Assembly: GCA_964565565.1 (NCBI GenBank)
Contig: CAZMFM010000005.1
Coordinates: forward strand, 21,292-85,291
Origin: an uncultured Spirochaetaceae bacterium
GTDB lineage: Bacteria > Myxococcota_A > UBA9160 > UBA4427
Reading direction: 5' to 3'
Length of the DNA: 64,000 nucleotides
Positions within the stretch are counted from its first letter, which is position 1, and each line of letters opens with the position of its first letter. A model generated the notes under the pieces. The model was not told the origin of the DNA and did no database searches. It was given only the letters and a program-made list of their open reading frames with translations. Below are positions 1 through 8,966 of the stretch, piece by piece. A program made the translations under genes and the position numbers.

Positions 1-375
1 GTGATCATTGATCGAAAAAAAATCAAGGCCCGAGCAATAGCGAGCAAAGTCGCAGGCGTCGGCGGGTGGATGGGCGCCCTCCCCCTGCATGATGGGCAAG
101 CTCGTCAGGAAGGCGTCGACAGAAAATGTCGTGTGAACATGAAGATCACCGAAGAGGATCTGCTTCGCAGAGTCCGATCCGATCTCCATGGCCGATGCGC
201 GCTGGACGTCATCTTGTTCAGCAACGAAGGCCGCAGGTCGCTCCGTCTGAGAAATAACACCCGGCGATTCGTCACGACCGAGCTTTCCGCGCATCGCTGC
301 CATCGAATAGGCAACGAAGATCAAGACCGGGACCAGAACCAATACGACGAAGAGCAGTGAAACCCGTTTCAACAT
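1..375 (-). CDS. DUF3604-family protein, N-terminal fragment (gene runs off the left edge)
   Basis: Absent from the ORF track because it has no stop in the window. Reverse-strand ATG at 375 gives MLKRVSLLFVVLVLVPVLIFVAY (signal/TM) ... ILFGDLHVHTTFSVDAF ... DFFSINDH. These parallel FFGDLHVHTARSQDAS ... DFAAVTDH in the paralog at 11878-13878. Confidence 0.75.
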   Translation of the reverse strand, partial: MLKRVSLLFVVLVLVPVLIFVAYSMAAMRGKLGRDESPGVISQTERPAAFVAEQDDVQRASAMEIGSDSAKQILFGDLHVHTTFSVDAFLTSLPIMQGEGAHPPADACDFARYCSGLDFFSINDH

Positions 376-488
376 GTTCGAGCAACCTTTCGTTGGGATG
401 ATTCCTTCCAACGCCTTAGGCGAAGGAGCCATGTTTTCGGCCGCCGGAGCTGGGGCGCCGAGGCATTGCCTGCGCTATTGGGTAGCCC

Positions 489-1283
489 ATGAGCACTTCG
501 ACCGGCAGCCATCGCGCCCCGCTTCCCCAACACGGCCCACCCCGCGCAAATCGCGCCAAACGCCGACTGGCCGAGGGCGGCGTTGTCACGGCCGTAGCCG
601 GCCATTCGATGAGCGCGGATAGCATCGACTTTCTCGGCCCGCTGGGTTTCGACGCGGTCTGGCTTGAAGGCGAACACGGTCCCGCGGACTGGGAACGCAT
701 CGGCGATCAGAGCCGAGCCTGCGATCTATGGGGTCTCTCGGCCTTGATGCGGCTGCGTACATTGGAGCCCTCACTCGTCGGACGCGCGCTCTCCCTCGGT
801 GTTCACGGAATCGTGATCCCCCAGGTGGGGACCGCCGCCGAAGCCGAAGCCCTGGTCGATGCCGCCAAATTCGCACCGCAAGGCCACCGGGGTGTCTCGC
901 GCGGACGTCGGTCGTACGGTAATCCCGATTTCCTGGCACGCGACAATGACGAGACCTTTCTCGTCGTACAGATCGAAGACCCGAAAGCGTTAGGCCAGAT
1001 CGAAGCGATTGCGGCAACCCCGCATCTGGACGTCGTTTTCATTGCACCCAACGACCTCGCCCAGGCCATGGGCCATCAAGGCCAGCCGGACCATCCGGAG
1101 GTCGTCGCGGCGATCGAAGACGGATTGCGGCGAATTGCCGCGGTCGGCGGCGCCGCTCCCGGAACCTTTTGCAAGGGCGAGGCAGCCGCGCACTTGATCG
1201 AACTCGGCACCCGCTTTCTCTATGTGAACTACGACGCCTGGGTCGCCGCGTCGAGTGAGCAGTGGCTAGGCAGCCTACGTTAG
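489..1283 (+). CDS. HpcH/HpaI-family aldolase (2-keto-3-deoxy-acid aldolase type)
   Basis: 264 aa. GFDAVWLEGEHGP, LSLGVHGIVIPQVGTAAEAEALV, VVQIEDPKALGQIEAIAATPHLDVVFIAPNDLAQAMG are typical of the HpcH/HpaI TIM-barrel aldolase family. Confidence 0.85.
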   Translation: MSTSTGSHRAPLPQHGPPRANRAKRRLAEGGVVTAVAGHSMSADSIDFLGPLGFDAVWLEGEHGPADWERIGDQSRACDLWGLSALMRLRTLEPSLVGRALSLGVHGIVIPQVGTAAEAEALVDAAKFAPQGHRGVSRGRRSYGNPDFLARDNDETFLVVQIEDPKALGQIEAIAATPHLDVVFIAPNDLAQAMGHQGQPDHPEVVAAIEDGLRRIAAVGGAAPGTFCKGEAAAHLIELGTRFLYVNYDAWVAASSEQWLGSLR

Positions 1284-1870
1284 ACGCCCGACAGATCTGG
1301 CTCATTCAAAAGGATCGGCACGACATAGCGCTCGACCATGGCCCGCTCTTCTTCCTCGGTCTCGCCAGGCATCGTCAGTAGGGAGACGATCACGCGAACG
1401 ACCCAACGGGCGCGCAACGCGCGCGCCGGCTCGTCGTCTTGCGATTCGAGAAAGCGTTGAACAAATACGGACGAGATCGAGCCGATCACCCCCGATCTCT
1501 GGGAGACTCGCGCCGCACGGCCGGATGCCAACGGATCGAACCAGGCCGCCAGACCCGGAGCATCACGCACCGCTCGGACGGCCATGAGAATGCCCTCGAG
1601 TATCCGTTCCCTCGGATCTTCGATTCCCACCAGCTCGCTCGCAAGGCGCGCAGAAAGCAAGCGGGTGGAGCGATCGATATAGGCAAGGTCCAACTCGGCG
1701 CGTGTCTTGAAATAGCGGTACAAAGTGCCGCGCGAGCAACAGGCGTATTGTGCGATGTGTCCCATCCGCGTGCGCGAAACACCGAGGTCGATGAAAGCCC
1801 GAGGGGCCGCTTCGAGAATCTTGCCGACGGCTAGGTCGGCTTGCTCTTCACGCAACCACGCACCGGACAT
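1280..1870 (-). CDS. TetR-family transcriptional regulator
   Basis: 196 aa. N-terminal HTH (ILEAAPRAFIDLGVSRTRMGHIAQYACCSRGTLYRYFKTRAEL). Its ATG overlaps the stop of the upstream P450 (TGATG at 1868-1872). Confidence 0.85.
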   Translation of the reverse strand: MSGAWLREEQADLAVGKILEAAPRAFIDLGVSRTRMGHIAQYACCSRGTLYRYFKTRAELDLAYIDRSTRLLSARLASELVGIEDPRERILEGILMAVRAVRDAPGLAAWFDPLASGRAARVSQRSGVIGSISSVFVQRFLESQDDEPARALRARWVVRVIVSLLTMPGETEEEERAMVERYVVPILLNEPDLSGV

Positions 1871-3069
1871 CAGGCAGCACCCGTCGCATCGAAGGGCAAC
1901 GTCTCATAGCGACGAACGAAATGCCCAGGGGCGAATCGCCCGGCTTCGCCATCGACCGTGAAGTCAGGGCAGCGAGCGAGCAGTTCTTCAAGGGCGATGC
2001 TCGCCTGCAATCGCGCGATCGCCGCACCAATACAATGGTGGGCACCATAACTGAAGGAGAGATGGCGTCGAATTTTCCGTGTGACGTCACAATCGCCAGC
2101 GCCGGGACCGAATTCGCGCTCATCACGATTGCCCGACGCATAGAGCAACATCACTTTTCGATCCGCCGGGATCGTCCGGCCGCTTATATCGACATCCCGG
2201 GTCGTCATGCGCGCCAGTCCTTGAACCGGCGAAGCCAGCCGCAAGAACTCTTCGACCGCCGACCGGAGCAGACTCGGATCCCCGCGAAGCAATGCACGCT
2301 GACCCGGATTTTTCGTGAGTAGATCGGCGGCCACCCCGAGTAGCCCAGTGGTCGTATCGTTGCCGCCCGTGACCATCGTGAAGGCCATACCGAGCAGCTT
2401 TGCGGCCGACACCGGCTCGCCGTCGAGCCGTGCGTGAACGAGGGTCGAAATCATATCGTCGGCGGGATCACTGCGGCGCTTTTCGATCAGTCTGGCAAAG
2501 TAGGCAAAGAGCTCAGCGACTGCGTCGGCGGCACTCAGCACGTCCCCGGTTGCGTTGGCCGAAACGATCGCATCGCTCCAGCCGTCGAAATGCGCCCGAT
2601 CCGATTGCGGGACGCCTAACGAATGGGCCACGACGAGACTCGGCAGTGGCTTGAAGAGTTCGGCGATGATGTCGCCCTGCCCGATCTCGCGCAGTCGCTC
2701 GACGCGTTCGACCACGAATGCACGAATCAAGGGCTCGATGTCCCTTACCTGCTTCGGGGTAAATCGCTTGGTCGCAAGTTTGCGCAGGGCGGTGTGATCG
2801 GGGGGATCCATCATCACGATGGGTGCCTCGATCCCGATCTTTTCCATCTCGCCGTATTGAAAGGTCAGGCCCTGGGCCGACGAATAGGTCTGGAAATCCA
2901 CCGCGGCGCCCATGATGTCTTCGAAGCGCGACAGGACCCAATAGTCGCCGGACCCTGAACTCACCTCGTGAACGGGATCATGATCGCGTAACGCTGCGTA
3001 CATCGAAAACGGGTCACGCCAGGAGTCCCCGGTGCGAGGGACGTAGTGTGCGTCAGCGCGGGTCGACAT
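1870..3069 (-). CDS. Cytochrome P450
   Basis: 399 aa. Heme-binding loop FSYGAHHCIGAAIARLQ (FxxGxHxCxG), EEFLR (ExxR) and I-helix TGGNDTTT. Confidence 0.9.
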   Translation of the reverse strand: MSTRADAHYVPRTGDSWRDPFSMYAALRDHDPVHEVSSGSGDYWVLSRFEDIMGAAVDFQTYSSAQGLTFQYGEMEKIGIEAPIVMMDPPDHTALRKLATKRFTPKQVRDIEPLIRAFVVERVERLREIGQGDIIAELFKPLPSLVVAHSLGVPQSDRAHFDGWSDAIVSANATGDVLSAADAVAELFAYFARLIEKRRSDPADDMISTLVHARLDGEPVSAAKLLGMAFTMVTGGNDTTTGLLGVAADLLTKNPGQRALLRGDPSLLRSAVEEFLRLASPVQGLARMTTRDVDISGRTIPADRKVMLLYASGNRDEREFGPGAGDCDVTRKIRRHLSFSYGAHHCIGAAIARLQASIALEELLARCPDFTVDGEAGRFAPGHFVRRYETLPFDATGAA

Positions 3070-3239
3070 GTTTTCTCCAACGACAAAGTTTGCATTCTAC
3101 AAATTTTTTGGAATTGTTCATCACACTAGGTGATTCAGAAAATATGCTCCGTCACTTCTCCTCGGTGTCGAGGCTGAACGGAATCTTGCCAGCCACGACT
3201 CCCATCACTAGCTTGATGTGAATACGTATTCAGCTAGAA

Positions 3240-3753
3240 GTGAAACCCATGCCATCTCGAATGGCATGGGGGGTCTCGTTGGAAACGCTGATCGTGGAAC
3301 GAAGGGACGGCGTCGTGAAAGTAACGATGAACCGCCCCGAAAAGATGAATGCGCCGAGCCACACGATGTTTCGCGAACTGCTCGAGGTCTTCCTCGAGAT
3401 CGGCCAAAGCGAAAGCGACGACGACCGCGTCCTCGTCCTCGTCCTCACGGGCGCTGAGGGAAATTTCAGTGCCGGCGCGGATCTGGGTTCCCACAGACCC
3501 GACCTGCACTTCCTCGCCAGCATGCGATTCCATGGCAGTGTTGGCCTCGCACTTCACAATCTTCCGAAGCCTACGATCGCGAAGATTCGCGGCGTCGCTG
3601 ACGCTCCTGGCCGATATCGTCCCTGCCGAGGAAGCAGAACGGATTGGACTGGTAGACCGGGCCGTACCGGACGGCCAACTCGACGCGTTCGTCGACGATT
3701 GGGCCCAGCGACTAGCTTGCTCTTCTTCGAGCCAGTCGATGACATCCGAATAG
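3240..3753 (+). pseudogene. Enoyl-CoA hydratase/isomerase (crotonase) remnant with internal deletion, frameshift and 3' truncation
   Basis: Frame of 3240 encodes a good crotonase N-terminus (VERRDGVVKVTMNRPEKMNA ... LTGAEGNFSAGADLG ... KPTIAKIRGVA). At about 3590-3600 the homology jumps to the frame of 3349 (LTLLADIVPAEEAERIGLVDRAVPDGQLDAFVDDWAQRLA). The oxyanion-hole/active-site segment (about 55 aa) is skipped and the last about 50 aa are missing. Confidence 0.6.
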
Positions 3754-5127
3754 CGCGAACAACCCTGCTGAGGCAGCAAGAATCGCATTGGGCTCGGGGA
3801 TCTCGAGCGTGATCCAGGTTCGATTGGCGTTGCCGCCCGAAATATCACGAGCGGTCATGGAACCCGTCACGAGCGCGACGACACCATTGCCCGCCGCGTC
3901 ACGCGCGTCGATACCCGTCCGAATGAACATCTCCGAAGTCGCACCAAGGATATCGGTCACCGTAATCGAGAGCCTCCCGGTCGTCAGCGGAAAGCCGACG
4001 CCCTGGTTGCCCTGGCCGGTCACCGGAATACCAGCGCCAATCACCGTAATCGCCGCACCTTGACCAATGATCGTGCCGTTGAAACCCAGGGTCGCGGTAA
4101 AGACACCCGCATTCGTCGTAAACGCCGTACCAATAGCCAGTCCGTCGAAGGCGCCGCCAGCTACCCCGACCGTCGCATCGGATCCCGTCAGATCGACGAC
4201 AGACAGCGAGAACTGACACGGGCCGCCCGTAATGAACGGAACGAAGAAACCCTGAGCGGTCGTCCCTTCGCCTGGCGTGGCAGTGGCCTTGCACGGTAGC
4301 TGCGTTGCCGGATCCAGGGGGACGCCATTGAAGTAGACCTTCGCCGTGCCGATGGCGCGACCGATGGACTGGCCTCCGAATTGGTTGCCCGTCGACGTGA
4401 ACCGAGCGATTCCGTTGACGGGCGGAATGGCTGAGTTGCCAGCCATGGGCGTCTGAATCGTCTGCGGGGGCGCCCCGTTCCCATAGTTGTCAGTCGGACT
4501 ACCAGCCGCCGACGCGCCCGCGTAGTAGGTCACCGTTGCCGCGCCGACGCGGCCACCCGCAGCGAATACGTTCGCACCAGCGGAAGGAATGATCCCACCG
4601 AACTCCTGGGTCACGGCGGGGCCCCCCGAAACCGTGGTTCCGGGATGTGGGCTGTCGTAGGTCAGATTCGTCTGAACTGCGAAAACCGCGGGATTGACGT
4701 TCGCACCACCGAGCGAGCCTTCGGGTTGACCGCCGTAGTGAAAGGCACCGGGAATCAACGTCAACCGGCGCGGACCGGTTCCCGGCGCGGCGGTCTGCAT
4801 GATCGTCGCCATCGGGGTCGGCTTGATCTGACCGGGCTGGCCGAGACCCAAGCCTACCAGCGGCAAGCCATCGGGTGTGGCCGGAACCGTCTGGATCGTG
4901 ATGGCCGTGAATGGACCGGCGGTCGCGGAAAGACCTACGCCGCCCTGGGCGGGCGCGACCGAGATGGGAAGCGGAAGACCGCTGCCGATCTGGCCACGTA
5001 TCTGACCGCCAAGACCACAAGACGTGCCGGAACAAGCGGCGCCTGCCTGTGCCGACGCGGTACCGGCGAGAATAGCGGGCGCTAAGAATGCAGCCATCAG
5101 AATCGCCAACCTGCTGTAGCTAGACAT
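3712..5127 (-). CDS. PEP-CTERM-anchored secreted Gly/Thr/Ala-rich protein
   Basis: 471 aa. Signal peptide MSSYSRLAILMAAFLAPAILAGTASAQA. C-terminus IPEPNAILAASAGLFALFGCHRLARRRAS has a PEP motif, a TM helix and a basic tail. Confidence 0.8.
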   Translation of the reverse strand: MSSYSRLAILMAAFLAPAILAGTASAQAGAACSGTSCGLGGQIRGQIGSGLPLPISVAPAQGGVGLSATAGPFTAITIQTVPATPDGLPLVGLGLGQPGQIKPTPMATIMQTAAPGTGPRRLTLIPGAFHYGGQPEGSLGGANVNPAVFAVQTNLTYDSPHPGTTVSGGPAVTQEFGGIIPSAGANVFAAGGRVGAATVTYYAGASAAGSPTDNYGNGAPPQTIQTPMAGNSAIPPVNGIARFTSTGNQFGGQSIGRAIGTAKVYFNGVPLDPATQLPCKATATPGEGTTAQGFFVPFITGGPCQFSLSVVDLTGSDATVGVAGGAFDGLAIGTAFTTNAGVFTATLGFNGTIIGQGAAITVIGAGIPVTGQGNQGVGFPLTTGRLSITVTDILGATSEMFIRTGIDARDAAGNGVVALVTGSMTARDISGGNANRTWITLEIPEPNAILAASAGLFALFGCHRLARRRAS

Positions 5128-5341
5128 GGGTGGAATTTCCTGAAAAAGAGATCGGCCGAAATGCCGAAATCAGTTTTGACTATAAATGAATTTCGATTCA
5201 GCTGGTGAGCGAACTGCTATTCAAATTCGGAATCAATCCGACACTCCCAGCGGGGTGCACCGAGACGAAGAGCCCTCCGGGCGATGACGCACAAACACCA
5301 CGGAGAACCCTTGCGAGACCTCGCCCCTTGAAACAAGGCGA

Positions 5342-6373
5342 TCAGGCCAGCTCTGCTCGGACGAGATTGCGACCTTCGACCATCGCCTTCAATTTCCCAA
5401 AGGAAACGTCGCGCGGAAGATATTTGAAACCACAGTCCGGGGCGATCACCAGGCGTTCTGCGGGAACGTGTCCCAGGGCCGCGCGAATGCGCGTGGCGAC
5501 TTGCTCCGGAGTCTCGACCGTCGTATCCCGAAGATCCAACACGCCTAACAATATCGTCTTGGACGGCAGACACGTGAGAACCGCGGGGTCGACGTTCGGC
5601 TGCGCGCACTCCAGTGAGATCTGGTCAGCTGCGCAGACATCGAGCTCCTCCAGGAAAGAATATCCCAGCGGTTTGTCCGCGACGTGCTTGCCGTACCCGA
5701 AACAGACGTGGAGTGCCGTGGTTCCAGCCACATCCGCAAACGCCCGATCGATCGCCGGGACCGCATAACGACGGGCCTGCTCAGCTCGAGCTTGCACATA
5801 GGGTTCGTCAATCTGGACGATGTCCACCCCGGCAGAAAAGAGATCCCGAACTTCCTCGTTAACCGCCGCCGCGTACGCCAGAGCCAGGGATTCCTCATCC
5901 GGGTAGTGGTCGTTCTGCGCTTGCTGAGCCATGGTGAAGGGACCGGGAAGCGTGATTTTGAGCGGTCGGTCGGTATGTGACTTCAAGAACGCAATGTGAT
6001 CGACTTCGACAGTTCTGGTTCTGCGAATCTCGCCGGTCACACGAGGTACGGGTACCTCTTTCCCTGTTCGATCAATCGCCGTACCCGGATTGTCGAGATC
6101 GACTCCCTCGAGTGCGTTCGCGAATCGATTTGAATAGCTCTCCCGCCGCATCTCGCCGTCAGTCACGATATCGATGCCGGCTCGCTCCTGATCATGCAGC
6201 GCCAATATGGTCGCATCGTTCTGCGCCTCTTCGAGCTGCTTGGGATCGATGCGCCACAACTCGGCGGCGCGCACTCGTGGAGGCAGTCGTTCACCAAGCC
6301 GGCCACGGTCGATCAGCCAATCGGGCTGCGCATAGCTACCGACCAATGTCGTAGGCAAATAGGGAACATCCAT
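5342..6373 (-). CDS. Cobalamin-independent methionine synthase (MetE C-terminal domain) family methyltransferase
   Basis: 343 aa. LPTTLVGSYAQPDWL, DIVTDGEMRRESYSNRF, DIVQIDEPY and IAPDCGFKYLPRD match the single-domain MetE-like family. Confidence 0.8.
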   Translation of the reverse strand: MDVPYLPTTLVGSYAQPDWLIDRGRLGERLPPRVRAAELWRIDPKQLEEAQNDATILALHDQERAGIDIVTDGEMRRESYSNRFANALEGVDLDNPGTAIDRTGKEVPVPRVTGEIRRTRTVEVDHIAFLKSHTDRPLKITLPGPFTMAQQAQNDHYPDEESLALAYAAAVNEEVRDLFSAGVDIVQIDEPYVQARAEQARRYAVPAIDRAFADVAGTTALHVCFGYGKHVADKPLGYSFLEELDVCAADQISLECAQPNVDPAVLTCLPSKTILLGVLDLRDTTVETPEQVATRIRAALGHVPAERLVIAPDCGFKYLPRDVSFGKLKAMVEGRNLVRAELA

Positions 6374-6376
6374 CGA

Positions 6377-7090
6377 CTACTCTCCTTCGAGCCCCTGATC
6401 CGAGCCCTCATCCAGGCCGGGCTCGACCGTCGCAAAGAGCGTTCGATAGAAGACCCGCGCCATGGTCTCGATCGCCACGTCATCGGATATCGAAGAACGA
6501 CCGACTTCGCCCCCTTCGATCAACCAGACATAACAGAAGTAGTCCATCATTGAGCCGAGAGCCGAAGCCGTCGCTTCGGGTTCTGGATTCACGGCTCGAC
6601 CGGACACGTTCAAGGCGCGAATCCCCGCCGCGATCCCGTCGCGCGCATCCGAGCGAATCTCTCGCCAGCGCTTTGCGAATCGTTCATCGATCATCGAAGC
6701 TTGAAAGATCGCCGCTAGCTCCGGAGCGTGATTCTTGCAGCTGACCCAATACACGGCGCACAGCTGGCGAATCACATCGTAGTGCTCTCCAGCCGTCAGA
6801 TCGAGCTTCGTCACACGCAGATCGATTTCAGCCTTGAAATCCTCCGCAAGCTGCTCGAGTACCTCTTCCTTGTTGGCAAAATAGGTATAGAAGGAACCGA
6901 GGGCCTTGCCGGCTTCCTGGGTGATGTCGGCAATCTTGGTATTCGCATAGCCATTGTGCTGAAAGAGTCGCCGGGCGGCATCGAGCAGGGCCGCGCGACT
7001 GCGGACACCCCGTGCGGTCAGGATGGACCCATCGGCTGGCAGCGATTGATCAGCGCGGACGTCGGTGACAGTCATCTTCTCGTTAGGCAT
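6377..7090 (-). CDS. TetR-family transcriptional regulator
   Basis: The ORF-track N-terminus (to 7276) overlaps the upstream gene. The internal ATG at 7090 (MPNEKMTV...) sits 8 nt after that gene's stop. HTH LLDAARRLFQHNGYANTKIADITQEAGKALGSFYTYFANKEEVL. Confidence 0.8.
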   Translation of the reverse strand: MPNEKMTVTDVRADQSLPADGSILTARGVRSRAALLDAARRLFQHNGYANTKIADITQEAGKALGSFYTYFANKEEVLEQLAEDFKAEIDLRVTKLDLTAGEHYDVIRQLCAVYWVSCKNHAPELAAIFQASMIDERFAKRWREIRSDARDGIAAGIRALNVSGRAVNPEPEATASALGSMMDYFCYVWLIEGGEVGRSSISDDVAIETMARVFYRTLFATVEPGLDEGSDQGLEGE

Positions 7091-7098
7091 CTTCGACT

Positions 7099-7650
7099 TC
7101 AGACGAGCTTTCCGATCGACTCTTCCTTGCGCTCTTCCTCGGCGAACTCCGAGCTCGGCTGGCGCAACAGCCGCAACGCTTCCTCTTCGCTTTGCACGAA
7201 CCCGTCCGCGTCGGTCGTCACGCAGTACTCGACCATGATCCCGTTGGGGTCGAGGGTATAGATCGAAGTACACCATCCATGATCAATCTGGATGATGCTC
7301 TCGATCCCGCGCTCATGCATGCGCTTCGTCATCGCTTCCAGTTCTTCCATCGTATCGAGCCGGAAAGCAATGTGGTTCGCCCAGGGTGGAAGCCCAAGAC
7401 CTGTCGATACTTCGGTCTTGTACTCCGGGTCTTCACCGACATTCTCGAGATAGAAGAAGGCGATCGCCTCGCCCGACCCCATTCCGAAGAAAAAATGCCG
7501 AAAATGACCCTCCCCCTGTCGGTGGTTCTCCGTACGAAGCAGTCGCATGCCGAGTTTTTGGGTATAGAAGTCATAGGTCGCCTCTATGTCCCGGGTGGTG
7601 TACGCGACGTGATGAACGCCCTTTGATTCAAGGCTACTCGGATCTGACAT
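7099..7650 (-). CDS. VOC-superfamily protein (glyoxalase/bleomycin resistance/extradiol dioxygenase fold)
   Basis: Start chosen at ATG 7650 (MSDPSSLESKGVHHVAYTTRDIEATYDFYTQKLGMRL), which is preceded by AGAGGAGA. GVHHVAY ... HIAFR is the typical paired beta-alpha-beta-beta-beta module. Confidence 0.8.
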   Translation of the reverse strand: MSDPSSLESKGVHHVAYTTRDIEATYDFYTQKLGMRLLRTENHRQGEGHFRHFFFGMGSGEAIAFFYLENVGEDPEYKTEVSTGLGLPPWANHIAFRLDTMEELEAMTKRMHERGIESIIQIDHGWCTSIYTLDPNGIMVEYCVTTDADGFVQSEEEALRLLRQPSSEFAEEERKEESIGKLV

Positions 7651-7837
7651 CGTGGTTGTCTCCTCTTCTGATTCACCGCAAAGCAGCGACCGCCATCCAT
7701 CGAGGGCACGCCGCAATGACATCCAAGGCGACCGGCAATCGCCCACCTCGCGCTTGAACAACGTAGCCTTGACTGAATCAGCATTCAATCTAACATGAAT
7801 ATATATTCGACTTCAAAACACAGGACGACCGACCGAG

Positions 7838-8305
7838 TTGACGATCCAAGCACCCGATCTCGAGTACCTCTTTTCCTATACCGCCGACATCGAGGAGCCT
7901 CAGCAACGTATTGGAGCAGGGCCCTTCGGGCATCGCATGATCGCGAAAGTGACAGGCGGTCGTGTCGAAGGTCCGCGCATGAACGGCAAAGTCCTGCCAG
8001 GCGGCGGCGACTGGGCATTGATCGAAGACAGATTGACCCTGCGCCTGGACGCTCGACTCACCATCGAGACCCACGACGGCGCGCTCATCTTCGCAAGCTA
8101 TCGCGGCGTCATCACACCGATCGATCCGGCCACAGTGGCCAAGGTCATTTCCGGTGAGATCGCAGCCGGCGAATTCTATTACCGCACCACGCCCAGCTTC
8201 GAGACCGGCGATGAACGCTATGCCTGGTTGAATACGACCGTTTGCGTAGCGGTCGGAAACCTCAGCGCCGAAGGGGTCTCGTACGATGTCTTCGCCGTCC
8301 TCTGA
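7838..8305 (+). CDS. DUF3237-family protein
   Basis: 155 aa. GAGPFGHRMIAKVTGGRVEGPRMNGKVLPGGGDWALI ... THDGALIFASYRGV ... YYRTTPSFETGDERYAWLN resembles the DUF3237/UPF0311 beta-barrel family. Confidence 0.7.
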   Translation: MTIQAPDLEYLFSYTADIEEPQQRIGAGPFGHRMIAKVTGGRVEGPRMNGKVLPGGGDWALIEDRLTLRLDARLTIETHDGALIFASYRGVITPIDPATVAKVISGEIAAGEFYYRTTPSFETGDERYAWLNTTVCVAVGNLSAEGVSYDVFAVL

Positions 8306-8942
8306 AACGACGAGTATCCTTCATGTCATTGGCAGCCCGAAGACCGACACCTCAACCTCGACGCGCATCGCCCGTGCCTTTCTCGAGGGCTGCCTGGCGA
8401 ACGACTCCGGCCAACCCGAGCGGCGAACGAGCGTCACCACCCTCGACGTCTGGAACGCCGACCTGCCCCCCTTCGACCGCGAACTCGCGATCGCAAAACT
8501 GGCACCGATCGTGGGTGAAAAGAGAACGGCCGCTCAAAACACCGCCTGGGCCCGGATCGAAGCGGTGATTGCTGAATTCGCGTGCTTCGACAAAATCGTT
8601 CTCTCCACACCGATGTGGAATTTCTCCCTGCCCTATCGCCTGAAACACTATATCGACCTCCTGGTTCAACCCGGCATCACCTTCGGCCTCAACGCAGAAA
8701 TGCGACACGTCGGCCTACTGAATGACCGCCCCCTCCAACTCATCCTCACCCGGTCGAGCCCACTTCCGGAGGGAAGCCCCGAGGACTTCCAACTTCCCTA
8801 TCTGAGACATGTCTTTTCCTTCATCGGTCTGCGCGACGTCCGCGCCCTAGTCGTCGAAGGGACGACGCTTCCCGCCGAAGCACGCGAGAAATTCATCGCC
8901 GAGCAATGCGAACGCGCACGCGTCGTCGGCGCTTCTTTCTAG
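8286..8942 (+). CDS. FMN-dependent NADH-azoreductase-like flavodoxin-fold protein
   Basis: 218 aa. ILHVIGSPKTDTSTSTRIA and FDKIVLSTPMWNFSLPYRLKHYIDLLVQPGITF are AzoR/ACP-phosphodiesterase family hallmarks. Confidence 0.8.
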   Translation: MSSPSSETTSILHVIGSPKTDTSTSTRIARAFLEGCLANDSGQPERRTSVTTLDVWNADLPPFDRELAIAKLAPIVGEKRTAAQNTAWARIEAVIAEFACFDKIVLSTPMWNFSLPYRLKHYIDLLVQPGITFGLNAEMRHVGLLNDRPLQLILTRSSPLPEGSPEDFQLPYLRHVFSFIGLRDVRALVVEGTTLPAEAREKFIAEQCERARVVGASF

Positions 8943-8966
8943 CCGTGTCCTCGTGATGCCCTAGCC

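Noticed and set aside
1-360. 119-aa plus-strand ORF at the left edge.
   Set aside because: It is antisense to a clear DUF3604 coding sequence (FGDLHVHTTFSVDAF on the reverse strand). Its own product has no family features.
5128-5341. Sigma-54 type (GG-N10-GC) promoters upstream of the two PEP-CTERM genes (also 41125-41276).
   Set aside because: I looked for TGGCAC-N5-TTGC on the reverse strand and found only partial resemblances (for example GGCAT...CCGA). No convincing match was present.
8945-8956. GTG-Ser-Ser-TGA upstream of the acyl-CoA dehydrogenase as a possible third Sec codon.
   Set aside because: A Sec at residue 4 has no functional context, and no hairpin stood out. A frameshift or rare start explains the data better.
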